From positions 2,464,001 through 2,528,000 of the forward strand of contig CAWJSJ010000002.1 of the NCBI GenBank assembly GCA_963845565.1: a stretch of DNA of 64,000 nucleotides, written 5' to 3'. This document shows, piece by piece, positions 29,804-39,389 of this stretch (position 1 is its first letter; every line of letters begins with the position of its first letter). Under the pieces are notes generated by a model. The model saw only the letters and a list, made by a program, of their open reading frames with translations. It did not search any database and was not told the DNA's origin. Both the position numbers and the translations under genes were made by a program. This stretch comes from an uncultured Methylomirabilota bacterium. Lineage in GTDB: Bacteria; Methylomirabilota; Methylomirabilia; Methylomirabilales; 2-02-FULL-66-22.

Positions 29804-29945
29804 GGCGCATGGCTCCTCGGGCAGGACGAGGGCCGAGACGCGGTTGACGGCGCCTCGGCTCTGGGTCCGTCGCCTATCCCCCTCGCACGCTGACATCTCT
29901 GCCTGTGTGATCCACGACTCCGATTTCGCTTCAGGGATCGTTTAG

Positions 29946-30132
29946 CAGGCTGCGACGCCCCCTTTCGACCAGGCCGCTCAAAACGGTCCAGGTGCCAGGC
30001 GGCACGCCGGAGGCGGGGTACCCAGCACCGCTGGGTCCAGGCGTACTGGAAGTACGTCGCAGCGAGTGCCGAGGCGAGCGGGGTACCCGTCCGCAGATGG
30101 GTCACCGCAGATGGGCCGTTTTCAGCGGCCTG
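29946..30132. mobile_element. MITE-like repeat family A, copy 5 (expanded)
   Basis: TTAG-CAGGCTGC...TTTTCAGCGGCCTG-CTAG. Confidence 0.75.
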
Positions 30133-30687
30133 CTAGAGCCCCTTGCGGTCCAGCCAGACGAGCAACGCCCCACAGCCGACGACCATGGGGATGATGACCA
30201 CCCAGTGGTTCACCCCCAGGAGGCCGGGGAGCGTGAGTTTTCCGTACGCCCCGACCTTCAACAAATTGTTCTGGATCAGCGGATACACCTCCGAGTACAG
30301 CCCTGCACCGATCAGGATTCCCAGGATGCCGCGCAGCAACCCATCCACTCGACCCTCACCGAGGGCCCCGGCGCACGTGCCGGGTCAGAACCCGAGGAGC
30401 AGCATCCCGATGCCGAAGATCACTCCGCCCAGGATGTTCGCGGTGAGGATGGTCGGCTTGATGTGCAGGTTGACGAGCCCGAAATCCTTGAGGAGATAGA
30501 CTCCCACCATTCCGGCCAGGATCCCCCCGAACATGACCTTGAGGACGGTCAGGTCCGTGAGCCGGAAGAAGGCCACGATCTTGTCGTAGCGCGTGACCTG
30601 CGCCTTTTGCAGAATGAACCCGAAGGCGATACCCGTCGCCAGCCCAAGAATCAGGCGGGCATTCCCCGTGATCTCTAGTGGTCCCAT
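30133..30687 (-). CDS. YeeE/YedE family transporter subunit, selenocysteine at codon 101
   Basis: FGFILQK...GGVIFGIGMLLLGF-U-PGT (family motif G.CPGT); frame stays open across TGA 30385-30387; hairpin follows. Confidence 0.9.
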
Positions 30688-30689
30688 GC

Positions 30690-31211
30690 TCAGGCCCTCC
30701 GGAAGATCAGGCGCGCGGCGAGGATCCCCGCGGCCATCATGGCGATCAAGAAAAGGAATCCGCTTGCGGCAAGCTGCAGGCCCCCACTGAGCCCGTGGCC
30801 GCTCGTTCACCCATCGGCGAAGCGGGCGCCGAATCCCACCAGGATCCCGCCGAGGATTCCGAGGGCCCATCGCCGGCCAACGCTCGTGCCAAAGCGGTTC
30901 ACCCAGGCCTCGGGAAGCTTCGTGGTGAAATGCACCGTGCCTCGGCTCAACCTGGCCGCCAGGTAGGCTCCGACGGGGATGCCCAGCACGAGCAGGAACT
31001 GCCAGTCCACGATGGGTTTGGTAGCCTTGTAGTAGGCGTTCTGCGCCACGTGCTCCGGCGCCACCACGCTCAGAGCCATCCCCGCCGCCCGCGAGAACGT
31101 CGTAGAGGTCCCGAGCGAAGTGTTGGCGGTGTAGAAGATGACCATGCTGAGGAGGCCCAGGAGCAACCCCGCCTGCCACCAGGGCCACTCCGTCTTGCGG
31201 AGCCAGTTCAT
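30690..31211 (-). CDS. YeeE/YedE family transporter subunit, selenocysteine at codon 135
   Basis: GFGARFADG-U-TSGHGLSG (family motif GARxAxGCTSGH); TGA 30807-30809; hairpin follows. Confidence 0.9.
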
Positions 31212-31384
31212 AGGCTACCCTCCTTCGTTTAGGAAATCAGACCCGGGCGATATCCATCCGCCGGCCGATCCGGCGTGGAGTGGTTCAAGAATAGTCGTTG
31301 CCGTTTTCGAGCGCAAGCGGCTATCGAATGATCCACACCGGGAGCCCGTCGATTTGCTTGGTAGGCGTCAGCGATGATCTCCAC

Positions 31385-31969
31385 TCAAAACAGGACCACG
31401 GACAGGACGACCCCGACGCCGACAACGATGAGGAGATCCACCTTCATCATGAGCGCGACCCACGCCGCCCCCATGAGTCCCCAGGTTCGCCAGTCCTGGA
31501 GAGCCTCCCGGCCAAAACCATACGCCACCAAGAGCAACATCCCAAGGAACGCCGCCAGGATACCCCGGACCATCGCCTGGACGAGCCGCAGGCGCTTGAT
31601 CCGGTCGTAATAGGGGGCCAGCGTGGCGACCATCAGGAACGACGGGAAGAACACCGCCATGGTGCCCAGGAGCGCCCCCACGATCCCGCCGGCCTTGTAC
31701 GCCACGAAGGTTGCCGTGATCACGATCGGACCCGGCGTGACCTGTCCGAGTGCGATACCGTCCATGAACTCTCGCGTGGTCACCCACCCGAAGCGGTCCA
31801 CGACCTCTCGCTGGATGAGGGGAATGGTCGTGAAGCCCCCTCCAAAGGCCATGAGGTCAACCTTCATGAAAACGAGATTCAGCGCGGACAGCGTGGGCGC
31901 GAAGGCGAGCGGAAGCAGCAGGATACACCCGGCCACCGCTCCCGCAACGAGCCAGTTTCGGGCGGTCAT
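31385..31969 (-). CDS. Short-chain chromate transporter (CHR), C-half
   Basis: AFGGG, GQVTPGP. Confidence 0.9.
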   Translation of the reverse strand: MTARNWLVAGAVAGCILLLPLAFAPTLSALNLVFMKVDLMAFGGGFTTIPLIQREVVDRFGWVTTREFMDGIALGQVTPGPIVITATFVAYKAGGIVGALLGTMAVFFPSFLMVATLAPYYDRIKRLRLVQAMVRGILAAFLGMLLLVAYGFGREALQDWRTWGLMGAAWVALMMKVDLLIVVGVGVVLSVVLF

Positions 31970-32532
31970 TGGCTCCCACCTTTTCCTGGAGAAGCGGGGC
32001 GCGCCTCACCGCGGAACAGGACCGGAGCCATCAGGGCCGCTCCGAGGAGGACCAGCACGAGATTCACCCGGAGTGCCAGCGCCACGAAGGCCAGAATCAC
32101 CAGCAGAACCCCTTGCCACCCGTGGACGGCCACCCGGGTCAGTGAAACGCAGGCGTTCAGGATGATGGCTACCACAATGGCTCCGAGTCCGGTGAACACG
32201 GCACGGACCACGGCAAGGTCCCCAAAGGTGAAATAGACCGCGGACAGCCCAGTCATCAGGAGGAACGCCGGCAGGACAAACGCCACTGCTGCGGCCGTCG
32301 CTCCGGACACGCCCCGGAGGCGGTACCCGATGTAGGTGGCCATCTGCATCATGGTGGCACCGGGTATGAGTTGGCAGAGGGCCATGCCCTCCTTGAAGTC
32401 CTGCTCGGTCAGCCAGTGGCGCCGTCCGACGCACTCCTGGCGCAGGGTGGCCATCATCGCCGGCCCGCCATACGCGGTGGCGCCCAGGCGCACGAAGGCG
32501 CCAAGCAAGGTGCGCAACGACACGGGATTCAT
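31966..32532 (-). CDS. Short-chain chromate transporter (CHR), N-half
   Basis: LGATAYGGP, WLTEQDF, CQLIPG, FVLPAF. Confidence 0.9.
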   Translation of the reverse strand: MNPVSLRTLLGAFVRLGATAYGGPAMMATLRQECVGRRHWLTEQDFKEGMALCQLIPGATMMQMATYIGYRLRGVSGATAAAVAFVLPAFLLMTGLSAVYFTFGDLAVVRAVFTGLGAIVVAIILNACVSLTRVAVHGWQGVLLVILAFVALALRVNLVLVLLGAALMAPVLFRGEARPASPGKGGSQ

Positions 32533-33029
32533 GCGGAGGACCTCCGACCCTGCAGATGTTCTTGGTGGGAACCGGCCGAAGGTTGTTCGACGAACTTCGC
32601 CGTCGCAGTGGCCATGACCACGCCGGCTTGACGAAGCTCCGCGGCCAGGTAGTGAATTTGGTGACCGGAGTTCTCGATGCGGGCACGAACGGATACGGTG
32701 CGTTCCGTGGCGACCGGGTGGTGAAAGCGCACGCAGAGCTCCCCGGTGAGTGCCGTGCGCCCCTGCGCAAAGAGGCAATTGGTCATCGCGCCGTCCAGGA
32801 GCAAGCAGATGATGCCGCCATGAAGCGTGTTGGGGTACCCTTCGAAAAGCCTCCCGCAATCGAATTCGGCCTGCACGCTACCATCCGGAAGGGGGTCGAA
32901 ATTGAGATGGAGTCCCGCCGGGTTCTCCGATCCACACAGGATACAATGTGGATGACGGCGTTGCCGGATGTGCGCCAGTTGGTCGGCATGAGGTTCTGGG
33001 AATTCCGTTGGCGTGCACGAGTCTGACAT
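32529..33029 (-). CDS. PaaI family thioesterase
   Basis: CILCGSENPAGL, EGYPNTLHGG..LLD. Confidence 0.88.
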   Translation of the reverse strand: MSDSCTPTEFPEPHADQLAHIRQRRHPHCILCGSENPAGLHLNFDPLPDGSVQAEFDCGRLFEGYPNTLHGGIICLLLDGAMTNCLFAQGRTALTGELCVRFHHPVATERTVSVRARIENSGHQIHYLAAELRQAGVVMATATAKFVEQPSAGSHQEHLQGRRSSA

Positions 33030-33074
33030 ACATTCTCCTCTGTGTCCACGCACCTTCCGATCAGTCTCCGGCGG

Positions 33075-33722
33075 CTAGGAACGTTTGTACCCCGTCAGGA
33101 TCTTGCTCTTTCCGGGTGGGAGAACCTCCCTGTGAACCCGTGAGAACACTCGGCCGAGCTCGTGCATCTCGCCGCCCAGAAACGCCCGGGCCCCTTCCGC
33201 GCCGATGACCGCCAACCGCAGGGAGAACAGGAATCGGGGGAGGGGTCGGGTTGGCACTTCGTGTTCCATGGCCAGGAATCTTCCCCCGGGCGAGAGCGAC
33301 CGAGCGACCTCCTGGAGCATCGTCCCTCGGGTCGGGCCCTTCAACTCGTACAGGGCATACGCGCACACCACGGCGTCGAACACTCCGTCCTTGAAGGGCA
33401 GGGCCGAAGCGTCGGCCTGTACCCAGCGGATGGCGGACAGTCCCGCCTGCCGCGCCGCGGCCACTCCGCGGGAAAGCATTCCCCGCGAGAAGTCGAGCCC
33501 GACAACGACCGCGTCAGCCGGCGCACTTTCCCTCAGCGCCCGCGTCACGGCGCCCGTCCCGCAGCACAGATCCAGGACGCACCGGACGGTCACGCGCGTC
33601 GCGCGCTCGGCCAGGGCTCGTCGCATAGGGCCGGTCGGCTCTCCCGAGTGCCACGCGACGAAGCGGTCGTAGACCAGAGAGAACAGGTCGTAGTACCGCC
33701 GTCGAGCCGTTCGCGTCCCCAC
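33075..33722 (-). CDS. Class I SAM methyltransferase (UbiE-like)
   Basis: LDLCCGTG, GLDFSRGML, ADASALPFKDGVFD. Confidence 0.88.
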   Translation of the reverse strand: MGTRTARRRYYDLFSLVYDRFVAWHSGEPTGPMRRALAERATRVTVRCVLDLCCGTGAVTRALRESAPADAVVVGLDFSRGMLSRGVAAARQAGLSAIRWVQADASALPFKDGVFDAVVCAYALYELKGPTRGTMLQEVARSLSPGGRFLAMEHEVPTRPLPRFLFSLRLAVIGAEGARAFLGGEMHELGRVFSRVHREVLPPGKSKILTGYKRS

Positions 33723-33729
33723 GCTGTTG

Positions 33730-33927
33730 TCAGATCCGAGCCAGGAGTCCGCGCAAGCGTCGGAGGAACACGGCCCCCTCGATCACCAACCAGGCGAGCT
33801 CGACCAGGAGCGGCTCAGAGTCCCGGCTGACCGAACGCCGCCTGGGCAGCGGGACCAAGGGGGCGACGTCGTCCGTTTTCTCCGTTCCGCGTTCGCGGTC
33901 ATCCACGACGTGCTTTTCATCCTGCAT
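33730..33927 (-). CDS. Small hypothetical protein
   Basis: GGGAGG RBS then ATG; fills the gap just upstream of the methyltransferase; no motif. Confidence 0.35.
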   Translation of the reverse strand: MQDEKHVVDDRERGTEKTDDVAPLVPLPRRRSVSRDSEPLLVELAWLVIEGAVFLRRLRGLLARI

Positions 33928-34090
33928 GATGACGACCCTCCCGCCTGTTGCGCCCGGGTCACCGCCGGGTCGTAGCGCACGCGGCCCGCCAGGCAGAACG
34001 TCACGAAAGACTTCGACCAGAAACTGCGCTTGTCGAGTCCGACCTTCATGGCCTCTGGTCTCTTCATCGACCCGACTGACTTGGGCCTTC

Positions 34091-35227
34091 TCACCGGACC
34101 GACACGCTGACCTCGATCGGCGAGAGTAGGCCCTGAGCGAACTGATCCACGTAGGTTTTCCATGCCTCGAAGTCCGCAAACTGCCCACCCTTGTCCCAGC
34201 AGAAACCGGCCCAATACGAGGCCATGTTGTCGGCTGGTACCCGGGTCAACATAAGCAGGTTGCGCTGGTCTTCCGTCTGTTTCTCATAGAGCTTGGGGTC
34301 CACTATGACCACCAGCCCCTGCCTGCCGGCATTCTGCTCCATGGGCTCCCACTTGGCCAGCCAGCCCCGCTCTGTGTTGACCTCCCAGCGCTCTCCACTG
34401 ACCTTCTTGAGCCCGATGCCTGTGAGCAGGGCCGTTGGCTTCTCAGGTTTGTAGAGGCTTCGGAAGTGGCCCACGTTCTGCCCGGCGTCCAGAGAGATCC
34501 GTTTGACCTCGGAGACCATTACGCCGTTGACCTCGAACGGCTCATAGGTCAACTCAAACATTACGCGGATCGGTCCATTGGCCAGGACGCGGGAATTCAC
34601 ATGGTTCTTGGAGACCCACAGCCTGTCTACTGCCCACAGACCATTGCCGCCGCACCCGCGGCTTAGCCCGGCCGAGTAGAGGTCCCCGCCGTCACCCGTG
34701 TCTGCGTGGTAGTTGTCCACCATGTACCAGTCATTGATGACCATGCGGCGCGTGCGCTTGGACCAGATGTCCACCGTGCTGCTGACCAGCAGTTCGCGGA
34801 CATAGGTCTCCAGGGCCTTGCCGTACATCCGATGGGCGATGCGATCATTTTCCCAGCAGAAGTCGTCAAACCGCTCCCGTACAAAGCGGCCATAGGCCCT
34901 GAACTGGTCCTTGGTGTACACCCACTTGTCACCCACGGTGGCCGTGAAGGTCTGGGACTGGCCAGCAGCAAAGTCGGCCTGGAAGATCACTTGGTCCGCG
35001 GTGTAGTCCCCATCGGTGTCGACCGTCTGGCAGAGCAGTTCCTTGCCAGTCGCGTCCTTGATATGGATTCTGGTCAAGTCCTTTTCGCCGAGTGCTGCCA
35101 GATCTTTGACCGAAAGCTCGATCGTCTGATCGGGTCGGGCGATCTGAAGCGTGTTGACGGCCGTTACCGTTCCTAGCCCCGTTCCCGTCCCGCTATCCTG
35201 CGGACCGGGTGAGTCTCCTTTCGGCAT
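34091..35227 (-). CDS. DUF4861 family protein
   Basis: RFVRERFDDFCWENDRIAHRMYG, DIWSK, YH.D.G.G.D.Y..G, NGPIR..FELTY, KRISLDAG, YWAGFCWDK. Confidence 0.8.
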   Translation of the reverse strand: MPKGDSPGPQDSGTGTGLGTVTAVNTLQIARPDQTIELSVKDLAALGEKDLTRIHIKDATGKELLCQTVDTDGDYTADQVIFQADFAAGQSQTFTATVGDKWVYTKDQFRAYGRFVRERFDDFCWENDRIAHRMYGKALETYVRELLVSSTVDIWSKRTRRMVINDWYMVDNYHADTGDGGDLYSAGLSRGCGGNGLWAVDRLWVSKNHVNSRVLANGPIRVMFELTYEPFEVNGVMVSEVKRISLDAGQNVGHFRSLYKPEKPTALLTGIGLKKVSGERWEVNTERGWLAKWEPMEQNAGRQGLVVIVDPKLYEKQTEDQRNLLMLTRVPADNMASYWAGFCWDKGGQFADFEAWKTYVDQFAQGLLSPIEVSVSVR

Positions 35228-35532
35228 GATCGGGTTTCCCTTTCTTGAAGATTGTTTCTTATTTCCCCTGGTTATCGCGGTCCCGCACTTCGGGCATTTC
35301 CGTCCCATGCAGGAAACTCCACGCTTACTGTGCGGCGCGTAAGACAGGCTACACGTTCGACAGCACGGCACTGAGTTCTGGGCTCGGAGGGTCCGACGGG
35401 CTGCCGCTGCGGGACCGGCGTCCGCTCCGCGGCGCCGTCCGGCGGGACCTTCACAGAACCATCACCCTTGGCGATTCCTGCTGCGTTCTGCATGATAGCC
35501 CTTCCTCCTGCAGCACCACCGCTTGCAGCCTC

Positions 35533-35931
35533 TCAATGCGCGAGTTCGGGACGCTGAGTGAGACGCCCCTCGATGAAGGCCCGCACGGCCTCCTGGATGT
35601 CGTGCAGGTCGGTCAAGACCGGGCGGATGCCCACCTCCTCGAGGTTTCGCTGCATCCCCATTCCCATGCCGCCCGCCAGGACCGCCTGGCAATCCGCGAT
35701 GACGGCCAACATCTGGCCGTGTCGGTTCCGGCTTGCGGGATCGAACCCATGCGGGCCCGAGCTGTGATGGTCGTCCCCACCTTGTGGGGCAAAGGTGTGG
35801 TGGCCCGCCTTGTCGCGCAGCTCCTGCTGGAGAATGCGCCCGTCCTCCACGGTGAACACGAGGTAATGTCGAGCCCGACCGAAATGCTGACTGATCGTCT
35901 TCCCGTCATCGGTGATGGCTGCAATCTTCAC
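35533..35931 (-). CDS. NifB/NifX (MTH1175-like) family protein with His-rich insert
   Basis: ISQHFGRA, DCQAVLAGGMG. Confidence 0.88.
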   Translation of the reverse strand: MKIAAITDDGKTISQHFGRARHYLVFTVEDGRILQQELRDKAGHHTFAPQGGDDHHSSGPHGFDPASRNRHGQMLAVIADCQAVLAGGMGMGMQRNLEEVGIRPVLTDLHDIQEAVRAFIEGRLTQRPELAH

Positions 35932-36185
35932 TGGTCTGCTCCTGTCGTTCTCCTGTTGTTTGCCGCTGCCGGGGTCTCTCGCGGTGCGCAGGTTGCGTTG
36001 GTGGAGACCTTGCGCGGGGTGGAGCAGGAGATATCCCCACTTCCGCGTGGAACGCGCAGGTTGAGCTTTCGAACATAGGGAGAGAAGGTCCGAGTGCCGC
36101 CCCCCTCGCTGACTACCCGCACATGCCAGCGGCGCGGGTAGACTCGAATGGTCCTTCCGACCGACTCCAGCGCATGTCACCTCGC

Positions 36186-36650
36186 TCATCGCGCTCGACG
36201 CCAGCCCGCCCAGACAGGGATGCCTGCTGCGTCCCTCAACACGAGCACGCTGTCGCCTTTTCGCAGCTCCACTGCAATCACGGCCGGGAGCCCCTCGGCG
36301 AAGGCCTTCGCTCCCATGACCTCGATTCGATCTCCGAGCTCAATCCGAGCGTCCAGATGTTCAATGTACCACGCTGGGCCGAGTTGAACCGGAATACTCA
36401 CCGCTTTCATGGTCAAGAGCAAAGAGATCCCCTCGGCCATCCCCGGCATCGGGACGGTCGTGCTGATTTCCGTCACTTCCCCTGAAAAACTCGAAATTCT
36501 CGACGGGTTGTAGCAGCGGTTATAGGGCGAGTCCGCTCCCCAACCGCCGCTGCCACGCCATCCCTCCCACCCGTTCGCCCGGGCGGGGAGCGACATGACG
36601 ATGCATCCGGTCACCAGCGCAACTACGCCCAGGACACCCAAGCGCTTCAT
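36186..36650 (-). CDS. Exported OB-fold-like hypothetical protein
   Basis: Signal peptide; WRGSGGWG, V.LGPAWY, GDRIEV.G, LRDAAGIPVWAGW. Confidence 0.7.
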   Translation of the reverse strand: MKRLGVLGVVALVTGCIVMSLPARANGWEGWRGSGGWGADSPYNRCYNPSRISSFSGEVTEISTTVPMPGMAEGISLLLTMKAVSIPVQLGPAWYIEHLDARIELGDRIEVMGAKAFAEGLPAVIAVELRKGDSVLVLRDAAGIPVWAGWRRAR

Positions 36651-36698
36651 GGCAGGCCTCCTTTACTCCGCAGGCTCGCCCCGGTTGCCGGGCGACAA

Positions 36699-37598
36699 TC
36701 ATCGGATTGCCTCGAGCGTGGCGCGCGTTTCCTGCCAGACTCCGCGAAGCGCCTTCGCGGCAGGCCCGTCGGCGATCTCCACGACGCTCTTCCGTTGACC
36801 CTGTGCATGAGTGAACACAGGGTCATAGGGTATCCGCCCGACGATCCGGATTCCACGTGCTTGGCACCATCGCTCGATGGCCGAGGCGACGTCCGGGTTG
36901 AGGTCGGCCTTGTTGATGCACACGGCCATCGGAATCCGAAAATGCGCCGTGAGGGCGGCCAACCGCTCCAGATCGTGCTGACCCGAGAGGGTCGGCTCCG
37001 CCACGCCGAGGACCAGATCCGTTCCGGCGACGGAGGCGATGACGGGGCATCCGATGCCGGGCGAACCATCCACCAGGAGCAGGTCCAGGTCCCGCTCCTT
37101 CGCCACGGCTCGCGCTCCTTCGCGGACAAGCGTCACCAGCTTCCCGGAGTTTTCCCCGCCGGGGTCCAAGCGCGCGTGGACCAGCGGCCCATGGCGCGTC
37201 TCGGAGATATACCACTCGCCGTCGCGCCCGAGGCTGAACTCCACCGCCTGGGTGGGGCAGACGTGCGAACACACGCCGCAGCCCTCGCAGGCGAGGGGAT
37301 CCACGCGATACGTCTTCGCAATGGCCCCGTTACCGGGCCCGTCGAACGCAATGGCTCCGAACCGACAATGTTCGGCGCATGCGCCACAGCCCGCGCACCG
37401 ATCCGCGACGATGTGGGCCCGCCGCCTTCCCTGGAACTCCTGGACCTGCAGCGTCCGCGGCGTGAGGATCAGGTGAAGATCGGCGGCGTCCACATCGCAA
37501 TCGGCCAGCACCTTCCGATCCGCCAGCGCGGCGAACGCGGCGACCAGGCTCGTCTTGCCCGTCCCGCCCTTGCCGCTGAGGACGACCATCTCCTTCAC
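36699..37598 (-). CDS. MinD/CobQ-like P-loop ATPase with 4Fe-4S dicluster
   Basis: SGKGGTGKT, DCDVDAADL, two CxxCxxCxxxC motifs, GGENSGKLV, DGSPGIGCP. Confidence 0.93.
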   Translation of the reverse strand: MKEMVVLSGKGGTGKTSLVAAFAALADRKVLADCDVDAADLHLILTPRTLQVQEFQGRRRAHIVADRCAGCGACAEHCRFGAIAFDGPGNGAIAKTYRVDPLACEGCGVCSHVCPTQAVEFSLGRDGEWYISETRHGPLVHARLDPGGENSGKLVTLVREGARAVAKERDLDLLLVDGSPGIGCPVIASVAGTDLVLGVAEPTLSGQHDLERLAALTAHFRIPMAVCINKADLNPDVASAIERWCQARGIRIVGRIPYDPVFTHAQGQRKSVVEIADGPAAKALRGVWQETRATLEAIR

Positions 37599-38443
37599 GA
37601 GCGCACCGCCGAGCGGAGCCGACCGAAGAGGTCGTTCATCCAGCGGTCGAATCCCGGGAAGCTGCGAGCGGCCAATTCGCCGCGGGAATAGATTTCAGCG
37701 ATACGGCGGTCCTCGGGAATCTGCAGCAGGACCGGGATGTTGGACTGGGCACAGTACCGCTGGACCCCGTCGCCGCCCGGACCCACGCGATTGATCGCGA
37801 CCCCGTGAGGCACGCCCACTTTTCGAATGGCGTCGACGGCCAGTGTGAGATCGTGGAGCCCGAAGACGGTCGGTTCCGCGACGAGGAGGACAAAATCGGC
37901 GCCTCGGACGGTTTCAATCATGGGGCACGACGTCCCCGGTGGCGCGTCCAGGATGGCGATCCCCGCGCGCGGCAGGTGCCTTTTCACGGCCCGGATGATC
38001 GGTGGGGACATCGGCTGGCCGATCTGGAGCCGTCCCTCCACGAACTGTATGGGCCCGGAAGCGCCTCGGGCAACCTCCCCGATCGCTCGCGGGATCTCCC
38101 GGATGGCCTTCTCCGGGCAAACCAAGGCGCAGCCCCCGCAGCCACAACACAACTCGGGAAACGTCAGCACGGCACTCCCCAGGCAGACGATCGCGTGGGA
38201 CTGGCAGAACTCGCCGCAGCGCCCGCACCGTGTGCAGCGGGCCTCATCCACCTCTGGGACGGGGATGGTGACCGCCTCCCGGCTCGTGATGACCGGCTTC
38301 AGGAAGATGTGCCCGTTGGGCGCCTCCACGTCACAGTCGAGGTAGGTCACCGAGTGATCCTGGTCTGCCAGGACGCTGGCCAGATTCGTGGCCAGAATGG
38401 TCTTCCCGGTGCCGCCCTTACCGCTGGCGAAGACGATCCGCAT
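37595..38443 (-). CDS. MinD/CobQ-like P-loop ATPase with 4Fe-4S dicluster
   Basis: ASGKGGTGKT, DCDVEAPN, two ferredoxin motifs, DAPPGTSCP. Confidence 0.93.
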   Translation of the reverse strand: MRIVFASGKGGTGKTILATNLASVLADQDHSVTYLDCDVEAPNGHIFLKPVITSREAVTIPVPEVDEARCTRCGRCGEFCQSHAIVCLGSAVLTFPELCCGCGGCALVCPEKAIREIPRAIGEVARGASGPIQFVEGRLQIGQPMSPPIIRAVKRHLPRAGIAILDAPPGTSCPMIETVRGADFVLLVAEPTVFGLHDLTLAVDAIRKVGVPHGVAINRVGPGGDGVQRYCAQSNIPVLLQIPEDRRIAEIYSRGELAARSFPGFDRWMNDLFGRLRSAVRS

Positions 38444-38582
38444 GCGCGTTCCCTTGGATACTACCGTGCCACACGGCGACTCCGCCGCTACGTTTCAGAC
38501 GCCAACCTTCGGTCCGACAGTTGCTCGAAACGCTTGCGGGTCCATCCGGGGAAGGCATCGCCCTCCCCGGATGTCAATCCTG

Positions 38583-38939
38583 TTATTCAGCCTTCGCGCC
38601 GCTTTCGAGCTTCTGAATGCGCTGTTGCAGCGATTGCAACGTCTGCTCCAGGTACCCGGCCTGGGCCTTCAGCGCATTCACTTCGACCTCTGGGGGCATC
38701 GCCTGCGCAACAGGCGTCGCGTAGGGATAGGGTCCGGCGCCCCAGGCCGGAACGCCCATCCCGGCTCTCGCCCAGCCCGGCAAGCCCGTGGCATGGAACC
38801 AGTGCCGCCACCCCCGGCCGCCACCCCGCCCCCCGGCCGAACTGAGGATTCCCGGTGCCCCAGCCCCGCCGCAATATCCGGCGCCGCGGCCCGTCAGTGG
38901 GCCGCCGCCCATCGGTCCCGTGCGATCTCCTCGTGGCAT
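38583..38939 (-). CDS. DUF5320 family protein
   Basis: MPRGDRTGPMGGGPLTGRGAGYC, ATGLPGWAR, C-terminal coiled coil. Confidence 0.9.
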   Translation of the reverse strand: MPRGDRTGPMGGGPLTGRGAGYCGGAGAPGILSSAGGRGGGRGWRHWFHATGLPGWARAGMGVPAWGAGPYPYATPVAQAMPPEVEVNALKAQAGYLEQTLQSLQQRIQKLESGAKAE

Positions 38940-38988
38940 CGTAGTCCCTCCTTTCGTCGCCCGGTCTCGCCGAGAATGTGAGACCGTC

Positions 38989-39351
38989 TTACCAGTGGGG
39001 TTGAACATCGGCCTCCGCAGCCTCCTGCAGGAGACCAGCCTGGAACTGCTTCACGGCGTCCTGGACCGTTCCCTCCGCCACTCCGGTGTAGACGCGAACA
39101 CCGGCAGCATGCAGCGCCCGGTACGCGTTGGGGCCGCAGTGGCCCGTGAGCACTGCGTGAACTCCCTGGTCTGCCATCAACCGCGCTGCCTGGATGCCCG
39201 CGCCTTGCCCGGAGCTGCTCGCTTCCCGGTTGTCGAGCGCTCGAACGGCTCCGGTGTCCGTATCCATGACGACGAACGCTGCCGCCCGGCCGAACCGAGT
39301 GTCCACGGCTGCCTCAAGATCCACTCCCTTTGCAGTGACCGCGATGATCAT
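38989..39351 (-). CDS. NifB/NifX (MTH1175/Orp-like) protein
   Basis: VDTRFGRA, GAGIQAA, LTGHCGPNA, QPHW. Confidence 0.9.
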   Translation of the reverse strand: MIIAVTAKGVDLEAAVDTRFGRAAAFVVMDTDTGAVRALDNREASSSGQGAGIQAARLMADQGVHAVLTGHCGPNAYRALHAAGVRVYTGVAEGTVQDAVKQFQAGLLQEAAEADVQPHW

Positions 39352-39389
39352 TCTCGGGTCTCCCTCTGGCTCGGTGTTGCTCCGGGGGG

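Noticed and set aside
5660..30136. Repeats as a CRISPR array
   Set aside because: They are dispersed, over 100 bp, have no regular spacers, and no cas genes are present
33075..34214. TGA at 33783-33785 is in frame with the downstream methyltransferase, suggesting Sec read-through
   Set aside because: The upstream frame has no recognisable domain, the TGA is not in a Cys motif, and the methyltransferase is complete from GTG 33722
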